From Sphyrna mokarran (taxonomy: Eukaryota): a DNA stretch of 64,000 nt. The DNA is taken from the NCBI GenBank assembly GCA_024679065.1, contig JAGIQG010000018.1, forward strand, positions 24,056,001-24,120,000, written 5' to 3'. Position 1 is the first letter of the stretch; the number at the start of each line of letters is the position of its first letter. Below the pieces are notes generated by a model. The model did not search any database. It was not told the DNA's origin and worked only from the letters and a program-made list of their open reading frames with translations. A program made the position numbers and the translations under genes. Positions 1 to 13,580 of the stretch are shown here, in pieces.

Positions 1-316
1 AATCTATATGTTATTCCTGAGTCTGTCGTGTTTTTACTGAGCTGTGAAGCAGGCAGGCCACTGCTGTTAATCAGGCCATTTTTAAGTAACTCTTGAGTTC
101 ATGCTATTTACCAAGCAACATTTCAGATCTACATTTACTCCAGACTCTTGACTCTGGAACAAAAATGCTTCAGCAGGCTGACCCTGTAAAGGATTAAAAC
201 CAGAAACATTGATGGTACTGATGTAATAATGATATCTGACCCCATGCTAAGAAGTAACTGAGATTTGGAAGGAGGAGAAGCTCCAATCTCGAGTAGAGAT
301 CCAAATATACAAATAG

Positions 317-608
317 AGCGGCACTGTGGCACAGTGGTTAACACTGCTGCCTCGACCTAAGTTCGATTCCCGGCTTGGGTCACTGTCTGTGTAGAGTTTG
401 CATGTTTTCTCATGTCTGCATGGGTTTCCTCCAGATGCTCCAGTTTCTTCCCTTAGTCTGATAGGCGTGCTGGTTAGGTGCATTGGCCATTGCTAAATTC
501 TTCCTTGGTGTACCCAAACAGGTGCTAGAGTGTGGTGACTATGGGTTTTCGCAGTAACTTCATTGCAGTGTTAATGTAAGCTTACTTGTGACAAAAATGA
601 ATAAATAA
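317..608 (+). mobile_element. HE1-like (V-SINE) tRNA-derived SINE
   Basis: Head GCGGCACTGTGGCACAGTGGTTAACACTGCTGCCTC with B-box-like GTTCGATTCC, followed by the V-SINE core GTAGAGTTTGCATGTTTTCTC...GGGTTTCCTCC...TTAGGTGCATTGGCCATTGCTAAATT. Confidence 0.85.
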
Positions 609-959
609 CATACTTGCTGTAAATAAAGAGTAATGGTTTTAAGAAACTACAGACTTGATTGGCATACTTTGGGAAAATAAGCAATCCTCAAAATCGCCAT
701 CTACACTCCAACCACAGAATAAAACAAATAAACAATGAATAAAAGACCAAGCAAACATTCAAAAAAAGATACAAGGCTAGCAAGAAGACAGATCCTTGAA
801 AGAAGGACAAAAGAAAAAAAAAGACTCACTAAAACAGTTTGCATCTGCAGAGCAGCAGGTGCAAAGTGAGACCCAGACCCAAAGACCAGACAATGAGCAT
901 AAGTCCAAAGTAGCGCACACAACTGCATGGAAGCAGAAATTTCCAGGGATCAGTAAAAG

Positions 960-3900
960 CATGGGATCCACAGTATCACTCATTGAACCATTTCAGAGTG
1001 CAGAAGACTCATAATAAGTCTGGAACTGGGACAATTGGAAAAAAGGGCTCCTGGTGTACAGAACTGCTGCAGGATTGCACAAATACTATCAAAATGACCA
1101 ATTCAGCAAATTGTGTAGGAGATTCTATTGCTGACGATCTGATTGATCAGGCAGTTAATGGGATTTCAACTTCTTATAAAGATGTACTGCAAACTTTCAT
1201 CTCTTATTTCAGTATCTGCCAGAATTTAACATTAGAGAGAGAGATAAATTTGATAAAAAAGAAAGCAAAGACTAAGCAAAAGCAAGAATTCATTCATCAA
1301 CAATCTCTACAGGCTGACACGAACTGTGATTATGGAATTTTATCGGATGAGCTGATTCATGATGGAATCTTAGTCAGAATCATTGATGAAATATGATCAA
1401 ATTTTTTACAAATGAGAAGATTTAGTACTAGTGAAATCATTGCAAACTGAGGCTAACAGAATTAAGGAAACAGGATCAGGTGACTGTTCGCAGAGAAGAA
1501 GTCTCTTGGAGAAGATCATTCAGTTTTTAGATCGTAAGAGAGAAAGGGAGACCAAGCTAAGTCTGCCAACACAGGATAAAGTGTGCTCACCGCCATTTTG
1601 AAATATCTTTGGTGTGGTGTGAGCGAACGACAAAATGACAAGAATATATGGTAGAGTAGGGGAAGGATGAGAGCTGGGGTGTTGGGAATAGTGCTAAAGT
1701 GTCACAACTATGGAAAATTAAGCCACTTCAAAATTGTTGCTGAAAAATACTGCCAATCTATAAAAAGAGAGACAAAATTTTAAAACAGAACCACATAAAA
1801 GAAATAAAAGAAGCAAAGGAACTACTTTGCCTGCAAGAGCTCTGTTCAGCTCTATTCCTCAGTCATAGATGAGCAAGGCATTGCACAGAACATGATTTTG
1901 CATATACATTTATTCTCAATACCACCACACTCTACAACTTTAAAATTTCTGCTTACATGTTGCAATAAGAGAATTAATTTACTTGCCTTATTAAGCAGCC
2001 AATTACCTTGCAAAATCACAGTAAAAATAACGGACACAATGAGAGGTATCAGGGAACTCAGCCTTTGATGTAATTTAGTTACAAACCTCAGGATGGTCAT
2101 TTTTATGTGTACTTTCTTTCATCAAGCAAGCTATGTTTAGGATGTAGCTATTGGTCACAAATTTTGCAGAATAGGTAATTTTTTTTTACGTTTATAGGCT
2201 GGGATTTTTTTGTATTCATTTTCCTCTTAATACTGACAATGAATGGTAGAAGAGATGGTGTTTCAATCATTAGGCCAATTCCTGCAGGAGCATAGGCCTT
2301 AAGTTTAATTTTATCCTCTGAATGAGCTTTCACTGCAATCCAGCCTAATAAAGAGAAAATAAGTATTGGAGTATTAAGCTCAAAGTAGATGGGCACCCCA
2401 CAGAGTTTAAATTAGACACAGGAGCAAGGGTTTCTGTGTTAACTGATGATGTCAAATGGCTCAAACAGATTACAATGCAACCCTTATCTGCTAAATTACA
2501 AGGCATTGATGAGATAATTTTAAAAGTGAAAGGCCACTCATGGCAAAGACAAAGAAACCCTCAAACTTTATTTCATTCAAAACTAAGAGTGCTCTCTATT
2601 AAGCAGAAAGGTATGCCTAAAACTGAAATTAATATACAAAGTGGATGAAGTTCTTGATGAGAACTACAGCAGTACATTTCAAAATGATTTTCTAAAATTG
2701 GTTACAAGGTTAGAGAAGCTAAAGATTGAATATCATATCACCCTATGAGCTGAGGTAAACCAATTTACCTCTTTATATTGAGGAAAATCTCTTACCCACT
2801 CTTGGACAAAGTCAAGGGTGAAATTGAAAAGATGCAGCATCAAAGGGTTATATCACTGGCCACTATGCCAACAAAATGGTGTTCTGGAATGGCTATGGTC
2901 CCAAAGCCAAATGGCTGTGTAAGAATCTCACATAACCACAGAATTGTTATGGTGTAGAAGCAATTCATTTGGCCCATCATATCTGCACCGGCTCACTGAG
3001 CAAATTCCTCTCGGGATCTGATTCAACTAAACAAGTCAATTGAACATGTGGGATACGGTGGCACAATGGTTAACACTGCTGCCTCACAGCACCAGGAACC
3101 TGGGTTCAATTCTGGTCTTGGGTGACTGTTTGTGTGGAGTTTGCATGTTCTTACTGTGTCTGTGTGGGTTTCCTCTGGATGATCTCACAATCCAAAGATT
3201 TGCAGGTTAGGTGCTAAATTGTCTGTTAGTGTCCCAAGATGTTTACGTTTGAGAGATTAGAAGGGTAAATACATGGGGCTTTGGGGGCTAGGGCCTAGGT
3301 GGGATGCTCTGATGAGTTGTTGCAGACTCCGTGAGCCCAATGGCTTCTGCACTGTGGCATTCTATGGATTCGATGATGAGGTCCACCCACTGTTCTCAAC
3401 GAATGAGAGGCTTACCAAACTAACCAAATTGGATGCAAACTGGATTTTGGCAATGGCTGTGAACAAAGAATCCAGATTGCATACCCCAGTTATGAATTCA
3501 GTCATTATTGTTTTAATAGATTGCCCTTTGGAATTGTATCTGCTCCAGAAATTTTCCAGAAAATTATGTCTCACATTCTTGAAGGCATGGAAGAATAATA
3601 TGCTATGTGGATGATGTATTATAATGAGTCCATGAGAGAAGAGCATGATTGCAGTGTCAGAGCAGTCCTGAGAGTGTTACAGAATATAGGCCTAACGTTG
3701 AATGCAAAAAGTGAGTTTGCAAACTAGTGATTTCTAAGTCACATAGTACAAGCCACTAGAATCACAGATGATCCACAAAAAAAACAAAAGTAATGAGAGA
3801 ATTCCAAAAACCGATAATGTAACTGAGATTCAAAGATACCTTGATGGTCAACCAAGTAGGCAGATTTCTACCAAATTTGACAGAAGTCAACGAATCCTTG

Positions 3901-4110
3901 AGACAGCTGCCGAGATAGCGACAAAATTGCCATAATGTGGACTAAAAAATGCTTTTGAAATGATTAATCAACTTATAATCGCTTCTGAAATCTTGGCACA
4001 TTGTGACACAGAATTACTGACTATAGCCGCAGCAACAGTCAGGGGGACATTTTATTTCAAGCGCAGAGAGACAATTAGCAAACACCAGTTTGTTATGCGT
4101 CAGATTATTG
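960..4110 (+). mobile_element. Degenerate Gypsy/Ty3 LTR retrotransposon internal region (gag-PR-RT-RNaseH), family A
   Basis: Gag-like CDYGILSDELIHDGILVRIIDE in ORF 983-1396, a zinc-knuckle remnant near 1700, protease FKLDTGARVSV at ~2407-2439, and RT motifs WCSGMAMVPKPNG (~2877), LPFGIVSAPEIFQ (~3521) and YVDD (~3605). Many frameshifts and stops. Confidence 0.85.
3050..3375 (+). mobile_element. HE1-like SINE inserted in the Gypsy RT region
   Basis: tRNA-like head GGTGGCACAATGGTTAACACTGCTGCCTCACAGCACCAGG, the V core, and a CR1-like TTCTATG tail. Confidence 0.85.
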
Positions 4111-4129
4111 CCTGAGGAATGTGGCAGTT

Positions 4130-4352
4130 ATACTGAAGGGAGTGGTGGTAGTGTGGAAAGGAGAGCTGAAATGGAACAAAAGAGGTTAGAAAGAAGGATG
4201 ATTAAAGTGGATGAATGAGATTAAATGAAGTAAAATTAATGGAAATGATGTGAAGCTGGAAAAGAGAATTAATCCTCCAAAGTTGTTGAACTCAATGTTC
4301 AGTCCAGAAGGCTGTAAAGTGTCCAATGAGAAGATGAGACGCTATTCCTCCA
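4130..4352 (-). mobile_element. Fragment of the second Penelope-like family (ORF 3' end)
   Basis: TTGTTGAACTCAATGTTCAGTCCAGAAGGCTGTAAAGTGTCCAATGAGAAGATGAG resembles 24757-24815. The minus strand reads LIFSLDTLQPSGLNIEFNN. Confidence 0.6.
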
Positions 4353-4354
4353 TT

Positions 4355-5990
4355 ATATGCAGTAGCTGTGGGATTAAAAAAAAAAGTTAGAGCATACCTG
4401 CTGGAAAAGCTATGAGTAAAAATAATAAACTAGAGAAAACAAGGCATAAACAGAAGGAAAGAAGTGTTCATGCTATAAAAAAGGGTTGAGGGAAACAAAA
4501 TGACTCAGTCTGAGGATGAATTCTCATTGAATATGCTAGCCGTTGCTGGTACTATGAATCGATACTGGATCACTCTACTGCTGGATGGATAGCCAGTAAG
4601 GATGGAAGTTGACACTGGAGCAGCAGAGTTGCCAGTGTCAGAAACTGTGTATAAACGAAAACTCATAAATTTGCTTGAAAGCTTCAAGATTAGTGTTGAA
4701 GACGTACACAGGTGAAATAGTCCCACTGAAGGGCCACATTAAAGTAGATGTACAGTTTAACAAACAGCAAGTTTGTCTCCACATGTAGAAAAGGGCAATT
4801 ACCCAGCATTGATGGGTCAAATATGATTAGAGAAGATATGACTGAATTGGGCTGAAGTCAACCTGATGACTAATGAAGAACCAGCCTCAAAATTTCAGAA
4901 ACAAACACATGGTTGTGTTTGATGGAGAACTGGCAAATGTGAAAGACATCACAATTAAATTGAAAATGAAGGAAACAAAGCAAAATGCTTGAAGGCAAGG
5001 TCAGTACTCTACGCTATCAGGCTGAAGGTGGAGGCTGACTTGGAACAAACTTGTGAAGATGGGAATGGGCCACACCAATAACACCAGTCATCAGTAAGGT
5101 TTGTGGGAACTTCAAAGCCACCTTAAATCCAGTAGTTTGTGCAATATAGTACTCATTACCCCAAATAGATGACCTTGTTTACTGGATTGACAGGAGGCCA
5201 ACATTTTAGCACAATCACCCCTAAGCAAAGCTTACTTATAGATGAATGTAAACCAGAAGACACAATCATGACATATAAAGGCTTGTTCCATTACCAATGA
5301 TTACCACTTGGTATCACATCTATTCCTGCATTGATTCAAAATGCACTGGATCATATCTTGAGCAGATTGAGCGGAGTCTAGTACTATCTGGATGACACCC
5401 TAGTCACTGGAAGAGATGAAGAGAAACATCTTCAAAATTTGGATGCCACTCTTCAGAGTTTGAAAGACTATGGATTGAGAGTCCACAAGAACATGTGCGA
5501 GCTCTACCAGTCCTCTGAGTCTTTGGGACAGGTGATTGATGCCACAGGCCTTCACAAATGCTTGCACTTCAAAATGTTAACCAGTTGCAATCATTTCTAG
5601 AATCGTTGAACTACTGCAGAAGATTTGATCCAAATTTGGTAACTATTTTAAAACTATTGTATTACCTCTTGTGCCAGAACAAGAAGTGAAAGTGGTTGGA
5701 TCAATACAATAACCCATTTGCATAAGCTAAAGAGATGTTGTGCATAGTTGAAGTTCTTACGCATTTTGATCCTACCCTACCTCTGTAATATGTGTGACAT
5801 ATTCCCTTATGGCATTGAAGCAGTGATATCCACATCATGATGTCGGGTAAAGGAAGACCCATTGATTTTGTGTCTCGAACATAGAACAAGGCTTAAAGTA
5901 ACTATATAAAATAAAAGGGAAGAATTTGGGATGATCATTGGAGTAAAATTCCTTCAATTCCTGTGCAAAAGAAAGTATATACTATTACAT
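4355..5990 (+). mobile_element. Degenerate Gypsy LTR retrotransposon pol (PR-RT-RNaseH), family B
   Basis: Protease VRMEVDTGAA at ~4596-4625, RT LPLGITSIPALIQ (~5301) and YYLDDTLV (~5382), then RNaseH-like LTHFDPTLPL. This second PR and RT set shows a separate element from 960-4110. Confidence 0.8.
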
Positions 5991-7095
5991 TGAAATGTAG
6001 AATACAGGAGCAGGAGAAAGCCATTCGGCTGTTCAAGCTTGTTCCGCCATTCATTTTATTCACAGGTGATCATCCACCTCAATAGTCTGATCCCACATAT
6101 CCCCTTCACCTCAAGTGCTACATTTAACTGCTTCCTGAAAACATACAGGCTGGGATTCTTCCAGCCTGCTGCGATGTTTGAGTAGTGCAGCAGGCTGGGA
6201 GAAATGAGCCATGGGATTCGTGCTGGGCGCCTAGCCCTCCGCACATCTTCCAGGCTAACAATTTTAGTGCAAACAGGTTCATGCTGGAAATCAGCATGGT
6301 GCAATTTAAATGTGTTTCCATACCTTTACATATCATTAGCAAGTTTGGGAGGCAGCCTATCCCTGCTAGCGTCTCTCCCATTTTTTTTGGTGTAATTCCA
6401 TGCTAATATTGCTTGCAACTGCTCAACAAAGGTCAAGACCAGGTATGGCAGCAGTGAAGAGGAGTGAGGACGTAAGTGGAATGGAGCTGCAGTCGCCAGA
6501 GTGTGGGGTGGGGGTGCAGTTTGTGGTTTGTGCTGCAAAGTTGCTGGATGGGGTGTGGACTTTACTGAGTCCTGGGGCTGTTGTCCCCAGCCATAGGGAT
6601 GTTCCATTGCTCTGGCTGTAGGGTAGGGTAAAGGAGTTTACTGGGTGCTGGGGTTTTTGTTGGGGGGGGCATGGGGGAAGGGCGCCATGTGCTGCTTGAC
6701 AACTTATCAAGCCAGGCAGCTGGTGACCAAAGCAGAGAAGCTCATGTTAACTCAAATTGCATGTACTCGGCAGTGAATGGGAACCTATATTGTGATCATC
6801 AGGAGGCTCTCCCTGCCCCATACATTGCAATACGTACCTGGGAAGCAATGCAGTAGTAGCACCCATGGCAATGGCTCAAGAGTGCACAATGGCCATACCC
6901 ACACACCAACCTGTATGCTCTCCCTGCCTGCTGTAGCCACGATGCCAATGGCAGGCAACCTAATCAGGTGACACATAGCACCCTGAATTGTGTTGTGTTG
7001 CCAGCATCCACAAGTCGGGGCACTGGTCCCAGTGAGGGAGTGGAGGTCTCAGGATAGTGAAAAGGAAAGATATCTCTGTCTCTGTAACTCCACCA

Positions 7096-8272
7096 TGCAG
7101 ATGGATTTCAGATTGTTTGGGATTGAGATGGTCATCATTGTGGTAGCTGCTGAGGAGGAGGAGGCTGAGGACATGGAGGAAATCATCCAGCCACTGCAAG
7201 GCCAGCCATTGTCGGAACCTGCAAAAGGAGGGCAGGGGACTGCCGGTCAAGCTCAGGAAATGGCAGCACGGTTTCCAGCGGGGGATGGTACGGGAAGGAG
7301 AATGTGGAGACGGAGGGTGTACAAGACAAGGAGGGCCTGTCTGAAGTCATGTGCTGGCACTGGCTCTGCCTGTGCAAGGAGACAGTGCAGCACCTGCGTC
7401 AGATCCTTGGAACTGGCACTTCAGGGGAGGGGAGAGCATGTGCTCCCAGTAAAAGTGAAGTTTATGGCAACCCTCAACTTCTATGTCACAGGATCATTTC
7501 AGGTACTCACTGGGGACATCTGTGGCATCTCGCAGGCATCTGTACAAAAGTGTGTCTGCCAACTCATGGAAGTTTTGTATGTCTGGGCGGGCCAGTACGT
7601 GCATTTTGATGCTGGCCAGATGCAATAGGAAGCCCAGGCTGCAGGCATCAGCTCCATTGTTGGCATGCTGTATGTGCAGGAGCTTGTGGATAGGATGCAC
7701 ATTGCCCTGTGGTCCCCACAAAGTGAGAGACAGCAGTTTATTATCAGGAAAGGCTTCCACTCCCTCAATGTCTGGATAGTTTGCAACCACAGACTAATGA
7801 TTTGCCACTGTGTACATTAGCACCTAGGGAGTGTCCATGATAGCTACATCCTGAGGAGTTTAGGCATCCCTGGGCTCTTCAAAGACCAGTTCGGGCTGCA
7901 GACATGGCCCTTGAGGACAAAGATCATGGCTGATTATACCAGTATGGAAGCACACGACTGAAGTGGAGGCCCATGCTGCCACCTGATCCATCGTGGAGCA
8001 GTGCATAGGCACTCTTAAGATGTAGTTCTGGTGCATGGACCATTCTGGGGATGCTCTCTAAGATGGTAACATGCAGGCCTCTTGCATCATCACTGTGTGC
8101 TGCATGCTCCACAACAATGCACAGCAGCCGGGAGACTACCTGGAGAAGGAGGTGAAAGAGTGTCAAATGCAGGATATGGAGGATGTGACCTATCAGGATG
8201 GAGGCAATGGCAAGAGTACGGCAAGGCAGAGTGGTAAGGGATGTAATTAATAACAGTCAGATTCAGTTAGTT
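7096..8272 (+). pseudogene. Harbinger (HARBI1-type) DDE transposase, frameshifted
   Basis: LNFYVTGSFQVLTGDICGISQASV (ORF 6990-7628), then in other frames VDRMHI (DGTHI-like), RKGFHSLNV and SVHDSYIL, plus an acidic C-terminal tail. Confidence 0.88.
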
Positions 8273-8335
8273 GCTGCCATAGAGCATGGCAGTTCCTACT
8301 GTCACACCCCAGAAGACATTGCAGCTGCACCCTCA

Positions 8336-8504
8336 NNNNNNNNNNNNNNNNNNNNNNNNNNNNNNNNNNNNNNNNNNNNNNNNNNNNNNNNNNNNNNNNN
8401 NNNNNNNNNNNNNNNNNNNNNNNNNNNNNNNNNNNNNNNNNNNNNNNNNNNNNNNNNNNNNNNNNNNNNNNNNNNNNNNNNNNNNNNNNNNNNNNNNNNN
8501 NNNN
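8336..8504. other. Assembly gap (169 N)
   Basis: Run of N in the sequence. Confidence 1.
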
Positions 8505-9827
8505 AGAAGGTGATAGACCTGGGTTGGCCATGCTAGTGAGTATTTGGTCAAGGTTGGAGGGTGATGAAAACTCACTCTGAGGCACAGAGAATCCTGCCCT
8601 GGTGCTAAATAAGTCTGACTTCTACCTGTTCTCCAAATGCACACCAGCATCTGGGTCCACATATGAGTAAAGGTTGTGGGCACAAGCATGCAGGCCACTG
8701 GGCCGGGTGGGAGTGATGCCAAGGGTCAGGTGACTGCTGGGGACAGTTTTGGCTGAAGGGGCGATATCATGCAGCACAATGCTGTGTGACTTGATGCATG
8801 GGGCTGGGGTACACTCTGCCCTGTGGGAGGAGAATCAGAGACAAATTAGTCATAGCTTTAATGATGAGTTTAACATTTACAAATATCTTAATCCTGACTC
8901 TGGCTGACCTTCACCCATGCCCTCTTAGTGATCCTACAACTTTCTTACCTTATGTGGCCTCTTGCTATATCTAAGTGGATCCCCCAGGATGCACATTGGA
9001 GGTGGAAATGCACAGCTGTGATCTACACCCCATGCCCTGTGATACCCTTGGTGGGCGTCCCCTGGGATCCAAAACCTAAAGGGCCTTGGCTGACATGCTG
9101 ATGACACTGATGTTGTATGCCACTCTCTTCATCCAGCTGTCCCTGAGATGCCCCTGTATAGGAAGATGGGATTCTGAAGTTTTGGAGACATCTGGAGTCT
9201 CCTGGTGGAACGCTGCGGCATGGGCTCCAGACTTCCTCCTTCCTTGTTGTGTCAGAGGCCCCGGAGGCACTCCATGGGATGCCAGGGCAACTGGACTGAA
9301 CTTCACAAGCCTAGGCATCACTTGGTTCTGCCAGTCCTGGAGACCCAGATGCATCTGTCCCATGGGCTGTGATCCCTCAGCACTGAGACTGGGCCAAGCT
9401 CTTTGAACCCCTCAGTCAGCCCCGTGAGCTCGGTCTAACGTGTCAAGGCCCACAGCCAGTGCCTGCTGTGTCTTAGAATAGCTGCAAGAGCCCCAGCCAG
9501 GCCAGCTGTGTCTCCAAAATGCCTCTGAACCAGTGGCTATGGACTGATGTGCTTCCAGAGTGCCAACAACACCCTCGGCCATGGCCCACTGTGTCTCTAC
9601 CATGGCCACTGTGACTTGCACCCTGTCACCCTTGAGGACAAATCCTTGACCCAGACTTTCCATGTGGGCACCATCCTTGCAGTTTTGGCCTGGGTTCTAA
9701 GCTGTGCTGGCACATGTCCTCCAATAGAACTCATTTAACTCCTCAAAACAGCCTTGCGGTTGCAGCATGGTTGCTGACAGTCCATCCACAACTACCTGGT
9801 TTGCTGATGCATCTCCACCAGCTTCGG

Positions 9828-10512
9828 GATGACGTGGATGCCATCATCTCAAGTGAGAACACCATCCATCAGGTACACGGTATACTCTTGTGACTTGGCC
9901 AATATTGTCTATCTGATACACTGCAGGAAAGGATGTCCCTAGGCATGGTACGTTGGGGAGATCAAGTAGACACTATGACAATGGATGAATGAACACCACT
10001 TAACAATCACCAGGCAAGAGTATTTTCTTCCAATCGGGGGACTTCAGCAGTCATGGGCATTCAGCCTCTGATCTTCAGGTAAGCGTTCTCCAAGGCAGCC
10101 TTCACAACATGCTACAATGCAGAATCACTGAGCAGAAATTGATAGCCAAATTCTGCACACATAAGGACAGCTTCAGCCAAGATCTTGGGATCATGTGACA
10201 GTACCTATAACCCCCATGACTTGCCTGGGCTTACAAAATCTCATTAACTGTTCTAGCTGGTGACAAAACCTGTGCTTGGCCCTCTCCCCACTCACATTGT
10301 CTGTAGCTTTGAGACTTGATTACCTATAAAGACATGTATTCCAACCATTATCTTGTAAATTGAGTTTGTGTCTGTATATGCCTTGTTTGTGAACACTCAC
10401 CTGATGAAGGAGTAGTGCTGCGAAAGTTGTGCTGCCAGATAAACCTATTGGACTTTTAACCTGGTGTTGTGAGACTTCTTATTGTGCTTATCGCAATCAA
10501 CTCCATATCATA
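9828..10512 (+). mobile_element. 5'-truncated Penelope-like element (GIY-YIG end plus pseudo-LTR)
   Basis: Reads DAIISSENTIHQVHG..SCDLANIVYLIHCRKGCP*AWYVGE, matches the reverse complement of 16960-17340, and ends in the pLTR ...CTGGTGTTGTGAGACTT...CTCCATATCA. Confidence 0.9.
10398..10431 (+). ncRNA. Degenerate minimal hammerhead ribozyme motif in a Penelope pLTR
   Basis: CAC CTGATGA AGGAGTAGTGCTGC GAAA GTT GTG: the core boxes are present, but stems II and III are eroded. Confidence 0.55.
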
Positions 10513-10519
10513 GCTGTTC

Positions 10520-11035
10520 CAAACCAAGCATAGTATGTAGTCGTCTGGACTTAAGTTCTGTTGCAGAAAAAGGTGTCAATCCATCTGACAATACTATCCC
10601 CCATGACCACTACATTCCTTAATACTCATTGCACTAGAATGGCATCCTATGCCATGGTCAGTTTGCCCATCCATCCTGAGGCCCCAGTCCCATGCAAACA
10701 AGTTGAAAAAAACCTCAAACATATTGGACAATTGCAAACACTGAGGCTTCTGCAATCCTATCTGCTGAGACTTTTTAAATGCCTCGCAGTTACACCACTG
10801 ACCATATCAAAAGACTCTATATCCTAATGGATGTGATTGCCTCCTGGAATAAAGTGCTCAGGTATCTGAGCTGAGTGTCTGCAGCCTGGCTTCCAGCTCA
10901 ATAACTCTGAGCTGAAGCTTCTGCAGTTGCAAATACTGACTGCAGATGTTCTTTGCCCTGGATCATTTTGATATCCAGAAGCTCCAGAATCCTGCAATAA
11001 CTGCACATCACCTGTCCTGTCATCTCCCATATGTG
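10520..11035 (-). mobile_element. CR1 LINE ORF1 fragment (zinc-finger/leucine-zipper plus SGNH esterase start)
   Basis: The minus strand gives CSQYLQLQKLQLRVIELEARLQT and NVVVMGDSIV, the GDS motif of CR1 ORF1 esterase domains. Confidence 0.7.
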
Positions 11036-11287
11036 TTAATAAATAAGTGCTTTATGATTGATAAAGATTACACCTCCCAGTAGGTTTTGGCACTGCCAAT
11101 AAACTTTACATTACTGATAAAACAGTACAGTACTTACAATGCTGATAAAAGGTGTAGTTTCTAGTAATACTAGTTACTAATTTACTTGCTCCTTCTGCTG
11201 CACTACAATGGGATTACTACATTACTACTGCTTCCTACTGGGAGGTGTAGACTTTATTAATCATAAGTTAATTAATTAGCATTTATT

Positions 11288-11748
11288 AGGGCAGCACGGT
11301 AGTACAGTGGTTAACACTGCTTCCTCATAGCGCCAGGGATCCAGATTTGATTTCCGGCTTGGGTCACTACTTGTGCGGAGTCTGAGTGTTTTCCCTATGT
11401 CTGCGTGGGTTTCCTCCAGGTGCTCTGGTTTCCTCCCACAGTCCAAAAGATGTGCTGGTTAGGTGCATTGGCCATGATAAATTCTCCCTCAGTGTATCTA
11501 AACAGGCTCCGAAGTATGACATCTAGGGGATTTTGCAATAATCCCCATATCTCTGTGGGTTTGCTTGGATGCTCCAGTTTTCTCCCACAGTCCAAAGATG
11601 TGCAGGTTAGGTGGATTGGGCATGCTAAATTGTCCCTTTGTGTCAGTGGGACTAAATAGGGTAAATGCATGGGTTATGGGGACAGGCCTTGGTGGGATTG
11701 TGGTCGGTGCAGACTGTATGGGCTCCTACATTGTAGGATTCTATGAAA
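11288..11748 (+). mobile_element. HE1-like SINE with duplicated core (dimer or nested copy)
   Basis: Head GGGCAGCACGGTAGTACAGTGGTTAACACTGC. The core CCTCCCACAGTCCAAA...TTAGGTG occurs twice (~11433 and ~11582). Confidence 0.85.
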
Positions 11749-12164
11749 TCAACTAATTGGGGCTGAAAAAAAGTAGAAGAATAAAGCATTTCCTCCGTGT
11801 CCTTCACTGAATTCCCCAGTCAGCGGATTTGTAGTAAACCTTACCTATAGCACTTCTTTCTTCCTATGCACTGAATTCCTACTTTGAACCAAATTCCCAA
11901 GTATACTCATTCGGTCTCTATCTCACTCAAGCAAAGTCTTCTTCCCTGGTTTTGCACCGTTTCTAAACTTAAAAACAGGTATAGAGCATATGAGTTACCA
12001 ATGTAGAAACAGAAGGAGAAGACCCACTTCTTCTCAAGGGCAAGGGATAGACTATACATGACATTCAAATAATTAATACTGTATAATGAGTATGAATGGA
12101 GGGTTGTGGTGCAATGGGTAGTGTCCTTTCCTCTGAGCCAGAAACTCTGGGTTCGAGTCCCACT

Positions 12165-12490
12165 AGACTTACAGAATCCCTATAGTGAAATTTTGCCGAT
12201 AGAATCTGCACCAACTCTCTGAAAGAGCATCTTTCAAGCCCCCATCTCCCAACCCTCATCCCTGCAACTCCCCAACCACCCACCCTATTCCTGTAAACTG
12301 CGCATTTACCATGGCTAATCCATCTAGCCTAAACATCTTTGGACTGTAGGAGAAAATCAGAATATACAGAGGAAACCTATGTAGACGTGGAGAGAATATG
12401 CAAATTCCACACAGTCACCCAAGACTGGAATCGAACTTGGGTCCCTGACACTGTGAGGCAGCAGTGCTAATCACCACCACTGTGCTGTCT
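12165..12490 (-). mobile_element. HE1-like SINE
   Basis: Reverse-complement head (GGAATCGAACTTGGGTCCCTGACACTGTGAGGCAGCAGTGCTAA) and core. Confidence 0.8.
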
Positions 12491-13279
12491 GGTGACGAAG
12501 GAAGTGCATTCATAATATGGTCAAACAGGTTGTGTGTGTCCATCTGTACATCCTTCCAAGCATACCAGTGATAGGTGATAAGAGCAGGAGAGACTGGTCA
12601 GCCACACTTGATGCTGAGTAGCAATGCTTAAGCTATAGGCTTCACAGTAATCACTTGTTCTGGGAATTACTAGCTATGGGAACAGGTGAACTTGCGCATC
12701 ACTAGGTGCGGGAGTAAAATTGGAATGGGATGGGAATGAATAAAAAAAAGCTAACTTGCAAATGGAACTCAATCACATATATAGAAGGCAGAATTTTTCC
12801 TTTACATTATTTGATGGATAACAAATCAGGTGGTCAAATAAATACTTAGTAGCTATCAGCAATCAATGTCAACATCATTCATGTTAGTTCAAATACTTTG
12901 TCTACAAGATGACAGATTAATAACTGCTCCACACCCCAGGAGAATCATTGCCAGTATTTCTGATAATACATCACTGTTGGAGCTTTGCAAAAGAATCAAC
13001 CTTTGTCAGCTGACCTTTGGGAAGTTGAGAATGAATTGGAGTAAACCTTGATTGCATAACAAGGCACATTAATTGATTTCTGAACTTAACAATATTCGAG
13101 ACATCTGTTACCTCACTAGTCTCAACTAGCTAACTCTGCAGAGGCTGAGAGAACAAAGCTTCTTGGATTTATTTGGTGTCAGCTCATTGTGGAATCTCAC
13201 AGTTTCTTTTACATTTGGTGCCATGAAATGTCCAAGATTTTGATGTTATGTTTACATTCAATCCCAATGTCACCAAGGA

Positions 13280-13580
13280 ACGGCTTGCATTTATATAGCA
13301 TCCTTCAGAACCTTAGGACACTTCAAAGTGATTTACAAGTAATTTGAAGTATAGTCACTGTTGCAAGATAGGAAACAGGACAGCCAGTTTGCACACAGAG
13401 CATTGCTCCTTCAGCAGTACAGCATTTTGTCAGTATTATCCCTTCAATAATGTAAAATTCCTTCAATACTGCACTGGTGTGTTAGTCTGGATTTTGTGTT
13501 CAAGACTCATTAGGAATCTGAACTTAACATCTTCTGACTCGAGCTGAGATTGTCATCCTTTGAGCCAAAGTTGACCTCAG
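13280..13580 (-). mobile_element. SacSINE1/Deu-type SINE fragment
   Basis: CTTGCATTTATATAGCATCCTT...TTTGAAGTATAGTCACTGTTG is the reverse complement of the tail seen at 20080-20170 and 54500-54530. Confidence 0.55.

Larger units (their letters stand above)
6146..9825 (+). mobile_element. PIF/Harbinger DNA transposon remnant (transposase on +, second-ORF remnant on -)
   Basis: TIR-like start AGGCTGGGATTCTTCC, a transposase pseudogene (next feature), and 8840-9825 resembling the Myb-ORF 3' regions at 33100-34300 and 50100-51100. The right end is not recognisable. Confidence 0.75.

Noticed and set aside
6990-7628. 212-aa ORF as a host HARBI1 gene
   Set aside because: The transposase motifs are spread over several frames with stops, and catalytic motifs are mutated (DRMHI). 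It is a dead transposon.
8198-8722. ORFs spanning poly-X
   Set aside because: They are artefacts of the N gap.
12097-12163. tRNA-like sequence (TGGTGCAATGG...GGTTCGAGTCCC)
   Set aside because: It has A and B boxes but no convincing acceptor stem or terminator, so it is most likely a SINE head interrupted by the HE1 copy.
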